Shown one piece after another: positions 56,835 through 64,000 of a stretch of 64,000 bases of DNA (its first letter is position 1; each line of letters begins with the position of its first letter). The notes under the pieces were generated by a model, which saw only the letters and a program-made list of their open reading frames with translations, had not been told where the DNA came from and ran no database searches. The stretch comes from Eledone cirrhosa. Lineage: Eukaryota. Location: the NCBI GenBank assembly GCA_964016885.1, contig OZ024751.1:30876001-30940000 (forward strand), written 5' to 3'. The position numbers and the translations under genes are program-made.

Positions 56835-57844
56835 TATGTCCATGCAGGAGAAATCCTAATAAGACATGAAAATGTGTTATGCAACACACACATTAGAAAT
56901 GAAATCATCATCATCATCATTTTACGTCCGCTTTTCCCTGCTTGCAAGGGTGGGACGGGAACTGATTCTGGCTTGATTTCTACAGCTGGATGCCCTTCCT
57001 AACACCAACCTCATTTACAGTGAGTGCTGGGTGCTTTTTGCCGTGGCACCTCCACGTCCACTTTGCAGTGGAATGATATGGACCCCAGTCCTATCATCTC
57101 ATTTCTACAGCTGAGTAAACTGGAGCAATGTAAAATAAAGTGTCTTGCTCAAGGAAACAACACATCACCCGGTCTGAGAATTGAACTCACAACCTTTCGA
57201 TTGCAATGCTCTAACCACAAAGCCATGTGCCTCCATAATACCTTATATTAAATAAATCAAATAAATTACATTAAAGTTATATTTTATGAGAGAAGAAAGG
57301 TTGAGTGATGGGGGATGATTGACATCAATCAATCAATATGTAAATATATTAACATCTACTGCAGAATGTAGGGAGAGGGAAGAGTTAGCTAGGAAGGGAG
57401 CGAGTGTGAGAAAGGGGAGGGAGGGAGAAAGAGAGAAGGGGGAGAGTGAGTGAGTGAGAGAAGGAATGGGAGAGAAAAAGGAGTGAGAGAGAAGAGGGAG
57501 TAAGTGTGAGAAGGAAGGCAGAGTGAGTATGAGAAAGACAGAGAGAAAGAAGAGGGAGAGTGTTAGAGAGAGAGTGAGTGAGTGAGAGATATTTAATTCT
57601 GAACTAAAATAAATAAAAACTACAAAGAAATGCTATGGAGTGGGTGGGGTTTGAAAGATGTCTTATTAAGAATTACAACCAACAGAAAATTTGTATTTTT
57701 TCCTACTTGTAAACAATGTGTATTTTATAAATATTTTATGGAACTTACTGTAATTCATTGAAGAAAATATTTTATTAAATTTAGCAAGAAGAAAACATGT
57801 CCCTATAAATGAGATGAAGTAGAAATTCGTCAAACTGAAAAAAT

Positions 57845-58030
57845 AAATTTTCAGCATATACTTATATAAAACAGCTTTCTTCATACAAAATTTCAACATA
57901 TTCTTAAATAAAACAGCTTTTTCATGTGAAATTTCAGTATATTCTTAAATAAAACAGCTTTTTTTCATATGAAATTTCAACATATTCTTAAATAAAACAG
58001 CTTTCTTCATATGAAATTTCAGAATATACT
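57845..58030. repeat. AT-rich tandem repeat of about 42 bp
   Basis: AAATTTCAACATATTCTTAAATAAAACAGCTTT... occurs about four times. Confidence 0.75.
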
Positions 58031-58683
58031 GAAAAGAATAGATAAACTTTGAAAATCTCAACACTGAATGCATTTGGTAAGTTCTAACAGAATGATCAGA
58101 ATCAATTGCAGCATTCTGAATTAACAAAATTGATTATGAAGGATCTAAGGAACGTAGATTTGAAATTTCATTAAGAAACCCTGGTGGTGCCATTAGTCAT
58201 TTATACAAGACAGCAGTTCAAATCTGTTAAGTATTTTAAAAAGCCACAGATATTACCTCACATAAATATACAAAATTTCCAGTGAAAAAACAAGTTAACC
58301 AGTTTTTTTATTGAGCAACTGGCAAGAATGTTGATTTTTTGGGGTGGGTGGGGGGGTCAAGTTAAAATTGTTGGTTCTAAACTTTCCAAAATTAACAAAG
58401 TATAATGTTGTGTTTGTTTCTCTGAGTGAGTGTGTGAATAAAGGGGTACATGAGTGTGAGAAGGGTGAATATATGTGTATGTGTGTGTGTGTGTGTATAT
58501 ATATAATAATAATAATAAATTTGAAGACTAAAATCCAAAGAGGGCTCGATAAGGATAAATATATATCAAATATATAAGAACCGTAGAGCAAATATTTATT
58601 AAAATAACAGATTAAAGTTTAAGCAAAGAATCGCTGCTTTCACTCTTAACGGGATCTGTTATTTTAATATATATACATACATA

Positions 58684-58898
58684 CAGGGTGACCACAAAAA
58701 CACTCCGAGCTTCATTATCGCATTAATGTTTGCTGAGCAACAAAAGGGGTACACATCGAGTGTCTATGATATCGACCAATACCACATGAAAGTGTATTAG
58801 TTTATGCAACTGTAGCCACCAATATTGTAAGAATGTTCATTTAAGTTTTCATATTATATAAGTATTTGAAATCAAAGAGTGTTTTTGTGGTCACCCTG
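58684..58898. mobile_element. Tc1/mariner-type MITE
   Basis: 22-bp TIR CAGGGTGACCACAAAAACACTC / GAGTGTTTTTGTGGTCACCCTG flanked by TA. Confidence 0.85.
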
Positions 58899-58914
58899 TA
58901 TGAAAGGGAGATAC

Positions 58915-59196
58915 ATATATGTTTGTGTGTGTATGAGAGAGAGCTACATAGTCACACAAATGTGTATATGTTTGTGTGTGTATGAGAGAGAGCTACATAG
59001 TCACACAAATGTGTATATGTGTGTGCGTGTATGAGAGAGAGCTACATAGTCACACAAATGTGTATGTGTGTGTATATGAGAGAACTACATAGTCACACAA
59101 ATGTGTATATGTGTATGTGTGTGTATGAGAGAGAGCTAGATAGACACACAAATGTGTGTGTGTGTGTATATGAGAGAGAGCTACATAGTCACACAT
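58915..59196. repeat. Degenerate tandem repeat of about 45-50 bp
   Basis: GTATGAGAGAGAGCTACATAGTCACACAAATGTGT... occurs about six times. Confidence 0.8.
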
Positions 59197-59558
59197 ACGT
59201 ATGTATCTCTGTCATGTTTCATTATGTTAGAAGTGGAAAGGTGAGAAGAACTATTTAACCTATGATACTGTATTTAACTACAAATATTTCCACACATATT
59301 GTCCACTTTGTCAACATTTCCACTTCTACTATTCATGTAAATTAGCAGAAGTTGGATTTATAACTGTATTTACACAGATAAGGCAATAAGCGGAAAATAC
59401 AGGATTCCTTCAAAATCTGCTTCTATATGAGTGTGTCTGTGTGTGATTGTGTGTGCGTGTAAGCATGCATGTGTATGTGTAAACATGCATGTGTATGTCT
59501 GTACATCTTAACTTCTAAAAAAAATAGAAAAAAACAATGTTTTTACTCCGAAAGTTGG

Positions 59559-60926
59559 CTATCTTTTATAAACCAATTTGTATAAGCCCACTGCTATCAC
59601 ACAAACAGCAACAGTGCTTAATAGATATTTCTTATAGGATCGTTTGTTTAATAATACAGCAAACTGAAAAAAAAGAAAAACAAAATGAAAATAATTAGTT
59701 GAGTTAATGAGCAAAAGAAATATAATAGAATACAGCTTCAATATATACTTTATTCATTTCTCATTTTGGATTTATTAAAGTGAAGCATCTGTGTTACATA
59801 TTTTTTCTAAAATGTATTATAGATGTAAGTATATCCGTGTAGTTAAGAAGTTTGTTTAACAAACACAGATTTTGGGGGCTAATTCCATTTAAAATATACG
59901 ATAGGTGTATGTATAACTGAGTAGTTAAGAAGTTTGTTCTACAAAATACAGACTTATGGGTCTAATTCCATTGGATGGTATCTTTATTAAGTGATTGACT
60001 CTGCTTTATGTGTGGAATTTGATAAATGGAAACTGGGCAGAAGTTCATAGTGTATATCATAGATATGTCAGGACTATTCAGCTGTGTCAAAGACATGACA
60101 ACCTCCCTACTATTGGTTATTGAGCAACACACTTTATTTCATGCTGCACCAGTCCACTCAGCTGGCAAAGGTTGTACCTGTAATTGAAGGGGACAGCCTT
60201 ATCTCACACTGTATCATGTTGAATCTCCCTCAGAATTATGTTACGGGTACATGCGTCTGTGGAATGTTCAGTCAGTTCCTTTGATTGAATCAATTGAAAT
60301 ATGCATCATCAGAACTGACAGAGGTTCAATCCCATATAGCATCTCATCTCTACAAACCCACATTACTGTACATCAGGGTTTCCCACCCACCTGTGTGGCG
60401 ATTTCAACTGTTGGGTGGGTAATGAGCAACTGAACAGAAAATGGCTGGCAGGCGATTGGAAATTTTGATGCACAATATTAGGATTTTGAGTATTTAAGTA
60501 TTTCAATATATGCTGCCCGAAAATAAGAATATTTAAAGGTAATATGCAAGAAAACCTGTATAAAAAAACACAGAAGGCTAAATGGGAATAACGAACCAGT
60601 AACAAACTTTTACCATGAGAAAGTGGGTGATGGCACAAAAAAGGTTGGGAACCTCTGATTTACATATACAAAAATAGAACAAAAGAATGTGCAATGCATA
60701 CCCAACCACCATTTCTTTCGACCCATTCATAGACGTAATCAGCAAGGAATTTGAAAAACCACTGTACAAAGCGCGAGAAACGCTGCACACATTCTTTTAT
60801 GGAGCGAATTGCTACATCAGAACAAAAGAAGAATAAGACTATAATTCGACTGTGTGTTATTCCTCCTTGGTTGAACAAAGATGTTGCAATTCCTTCAAAT
60901 TCTGAGTAACTATCGATATTAAGACA
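59559..60926 (-). CDS. Bcl-2 family, Bax-like protein: last two coding exons (BH1, BH2, C-terminal TM anchor); no 5' exons identified in the window
   Basis: Exon 60926-60702 encodes CLNIDSYSEFEGIATSLFNQGGITHSRIIVLFFFCSDVAIRS...VYEWVERNGGW (BH1 and BH2, with the conserved intron after GGW). Exon 59663-59559 encodes FAVLLNKRSYKKYLLSTVAVCVIAVGLYKLVYKR*, a hydrophobic tail anchor with a basic end. Confidence 0.88.
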
Positions 60927-61507
60927 CTGAAATAAAAATAAAAAATAAATCTTTATTAGTGTTCAATAAATGAAATTAATTTTTAAGAATCTAACATTGA
61001 AACTCATCAAAAGAACTAAGATTTTCATCTGTAAATATTCCTGTTTATGTATAGAAGTTATTTACATGTAGATCTTATTTCTCTCAAGTGATATTTTATT
61101 TAATTCATAATCATCATCATCATTACTGTCAATAGAATTCTCTCACCTCTTTCTGTTCAAACAGGCCATAACCAGCTGCTCAAACTTATGTTAAGGTATT
61201 ATTCTCAAAATAAATAATCACAAAATCTCGTAGATTCAATATTATGTAAGAATATTATGAGAGAAAGTGTTTACCATGAAAATATAATAGTAAATATTGA
61301 GTAATGTAAATTCTAAATGGTTAATGTCTATTTTCCATGCTTGAATGGGTTACACAGGTTGTCAGGTAAAGAGGGCAGACAGGGCAGGTGATCATATCTT
61401 GCTCATATGTTCCATTTGGGATTTGGTTTTCTATGGCTGGATACACTTCCTAAGGCCAACCACCTTAGAGTGTGTACTGGGAGCTTTTACCGTGATACCA
61501 GCACTAC

Positions 61508-62345
61508 CACTATACAGGGTGGACTGGGTGTTTTTGTTGTGGAATCACTATCACCACCTTACAGGGTAGACTGGGTGTATTACTCGCGGTACCACTATCA
61601 TCACCTTACAAGGTTGACCGGGGGTTTTTGTTGTGGTACCACTATCATCACCTTACAAGGTTGACCGGGGGTTTTTGTTGTGGTACCACTATCATCACCT
61701 TACAAGGTTGACCGGGTGTTTTTGTTGTGGTACCACTATCATCACCTTACAAGGTTGACCGGGTGTTTTTGTTGTGGTACCACTATCATCACCTTACAAG
61801 GTTGACCGGGGGTTTTTGTTGTGGTACCACTATCATCACCTTACAAGGTTGACCGGGGGTTTTTGTTGTGGTACCACTATCATCACCTTACAAGGTTGAC
61901 CGGGGGTTTTTGTTGTGGTACCACTATCATCACCTTACAAGGTTGACCGGGGGTTTTTGTTGTGGTACCACTATCATCACCTTACATGGTTGACTGGGTG
62001 TTTTTGTTGTGGTACCACTATCATCACCTTACAAGGTTGACCGGGTGTTTTTGTTGTGGTACCACTATCATCACCTTACAAGGTTGACCGGGTGTTTTTG
62101 TTGTGGTACCACTATCATCACCTTACAAGGTTGACCGGGGGTTTTTGTTGTGGTACCACTATCATCACCTTACAAGGTTGACTGGGTGTTTTTGTTGTGA
62201 TACCACTATCATCACCTTACAAGGTTGACCGGGGGTTTTTGTTGTGGTACCACTATCATCACCTTACATGGTTGACTGGGTGTTTTTGTTGTGGTACCAC
62301 TATCATCACCTTACTGTGTGGACTAGGTGTATTAGTCATGGTACC
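61508..62345. repeat. 47-bp minisatellite, about 16-17 units
   Basis: CACCTTACAAGGTTGACCGGG(G/T)GTTTTTGTTGTGGTACCACTATCAT repeated head to tail. Confidence 0.95.
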
Positions 62346-63680
62346 AGCACATGATTAACTGTTAACTTGTAATAACACTCTTTAATTTCCTTGACATATT
62401 TTGCTTTAAACTAATATCAATTCCACTTCACAATTGATGTTTAATATTATAAAGTGTAAATAACTATAATTTGAATATCTAGTCAATCCACTATTCTAAA
62501 TTTTACACCTACCATTCCTTCACATACAATTATTACATCTGCCAATGATCATCTGAATCTAACACTTTTGTTACCAACCCAGCTAAAACCGGTTCTGTTT
62601 CTATAAAATAAAATCACCCATTTTAAAGAGTTCCAATTAAAATTAAAATCTTTCAACATATATAAGAACCTTACATTAAGTTACTATTTTAGTAATGAAA
62701 TGATTAATAAGTTACTATTTTAGTAATGAAATGATTAATAAGTTAAGTAAATCCCTCCAAATTCTTCATTAATTAATTGAAATATAGTATTTCATTAGAA
62801 ATGTGGTCATGAAAGGCTAATTACTCTTTTTTTACCTTTGGCAGTGAAACATGGGGCTCTTTTTTTTTTCACATAGACATTGTGTCGAGGTTTGGCTTGA
62901 ACTCAAAACCACTGGGTTCAAAACCTACTGCCTTAAAAACTTATTTACCACTGTTCATATAAATAACACAATCCAAGTTAAAAAAAAAAAAATTGAGATC
63001 TACAGAAACTAAAGGCAGAATTGAATTGTGCTACATTGTTTGCTGTATTGTAGTAACAAGTCAGTCACACTTACGACAAATGATGTAATATTACCAAATA
63101 ACTTACCATATATATTCAAATATAAGCCCCCTCCCTACCTTGTGTCTGAAAAATGGGTAAAAATTTCCAAACCCCATTTATAAGGCCATGTGTATCTGTG
63201 TAACTGGTTTAGAATAGGTCCACTGTATCCCAGCATGTCGTATAAGAAGTGACGAAAAGGGTTGGTGACAGGAAGGGCATCTGGCTATAAAAACATTCCC
63301 TCAAAAAGTCCTGTACAACCCATGTTGACATGTAAAAGTCAACATGATGATGATGGTAACATAACCATCATCATCATGACTAGCAAAATATACCTAGGGA
63401 TGCCTACTGTTTGAAAACTTAACAGTAAGGTAAACATTGTAATAAGCCAAGAAATTTTAATTAATTATGAATTTGATGAAATCAAATATGAAAAAATTTG
63501 ATCTTAGCTAACACAGTTGATTGATTTTAGGTTATGATTTGTGAAATAGTTATGTGAGAAGTGATCAATAACTATCAATAGCAACAGCTGGTGGTCAGAC
63601 AACATTCCATGGGAAGTGACTAATTTTTAATTTTTTAGGCAATAACCTTGTATTTATTGAATAAAAGTTATGCAATGATT

Positions 63681-63926
63681 GACAGGAGCTGCTCGATGGA
63701 GTGTTTGAGGACTCAGCCCCCACGACCCTCTCAGGAATAAGGGGACAGGACCTGCTCGATGGAGTGTTTGAGGACTCAGCCCCCACGACCCTCTCAGGAA
63801 TAAGGGGACAGGAGCTGCTCGATGGAGTGTTTGAGGACTCTGTCCCCACGACCCTCTCAGGAATAAGGGGACAGGACCTGCTCGATGGAGTGTTTGAGGA
63901 CTGTCCCCACGACCCTCTCAGCAATA
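63681..63926. repeat. 63-bp minisatellite, about 4 units
   Basis: GACAGGA(G/C)CTGCTCGATGGAGTGTTTGAGGACTC...CACGACCCTCTCAGGAATAAGGG repeated. Confidence 0.9.
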
Positions 63927-64000
63927 AGTGGATATATTAAAAAAAACAAAAACTAAATTAAGTAATGGAAAAAAAAAGAGGAATAGGTAAAGAAGGGCAG

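Noticed and set aside
61508-62345. Regular repeat array resembling CRISPR
   Set aside because: Head-to-tail 47-bp units with no unique spacers, no cas genes, and a eukaryotic context.
63060-63200. Possible upstream exon of the Bcl-2 family gene (minus-strand GTAAGT donors near 63070 and 63105)
   Set aside because: No BH3-like or otherwise convincing reading frame is attached to these donors.
63346-63379. Hairpin CATGATGATGATGGT...ACCATCATCATCATG
   Set aside because: It is a small inversion of an (ATG)n SINE tail, with no ribozyme core or tail motif.

Overview
Eukaryotic, AT-rich, repeat-dense genomic DNA. The (TA)n tracts, SINE families and gene content suggest a cephalopod, probably an octopus (inference). 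Almost all entries in the ORF track are spurious. I reconstructed five spliced genes by hand from GT-AG boundaries: the 3' half of a polypeptide GalNAc-transferase (+), complete COPE (+, 10 coding exons), complete CLUAP1/IFT38 (-, 12 exons), complete UBL7 (+, 10 exons, head-to-head with CLUAP1) and the 3' end of a Bax-like Bcl-2 family gene (-). Introns and intergenic DNA hold two tRNA-derived SINE families, a TTAA-flanked MITE, mariner and Tigger-type elements, RTE and CR1-group LINE fragments, and minisatellites. The most interesting hidden signal is a dispersed set of about 10 small inserts in (TA)n tracts. Most have the layout (TA)n-[inverted arm]-[arm + unique tail]-(TA)n, with fold-back arms up to 188 bp. 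Several carry hammerhead ribozyme cores, including a complete type I hammerhead on both strands inside a COPE intron. All carry a GAGTRCT-like motif about 35-50 nt from the tail end. A Penelope-like GIY-YIG endonuclease fragment also sits in (TA)n, so these inserts look like termini of Penelope-like retroelements.
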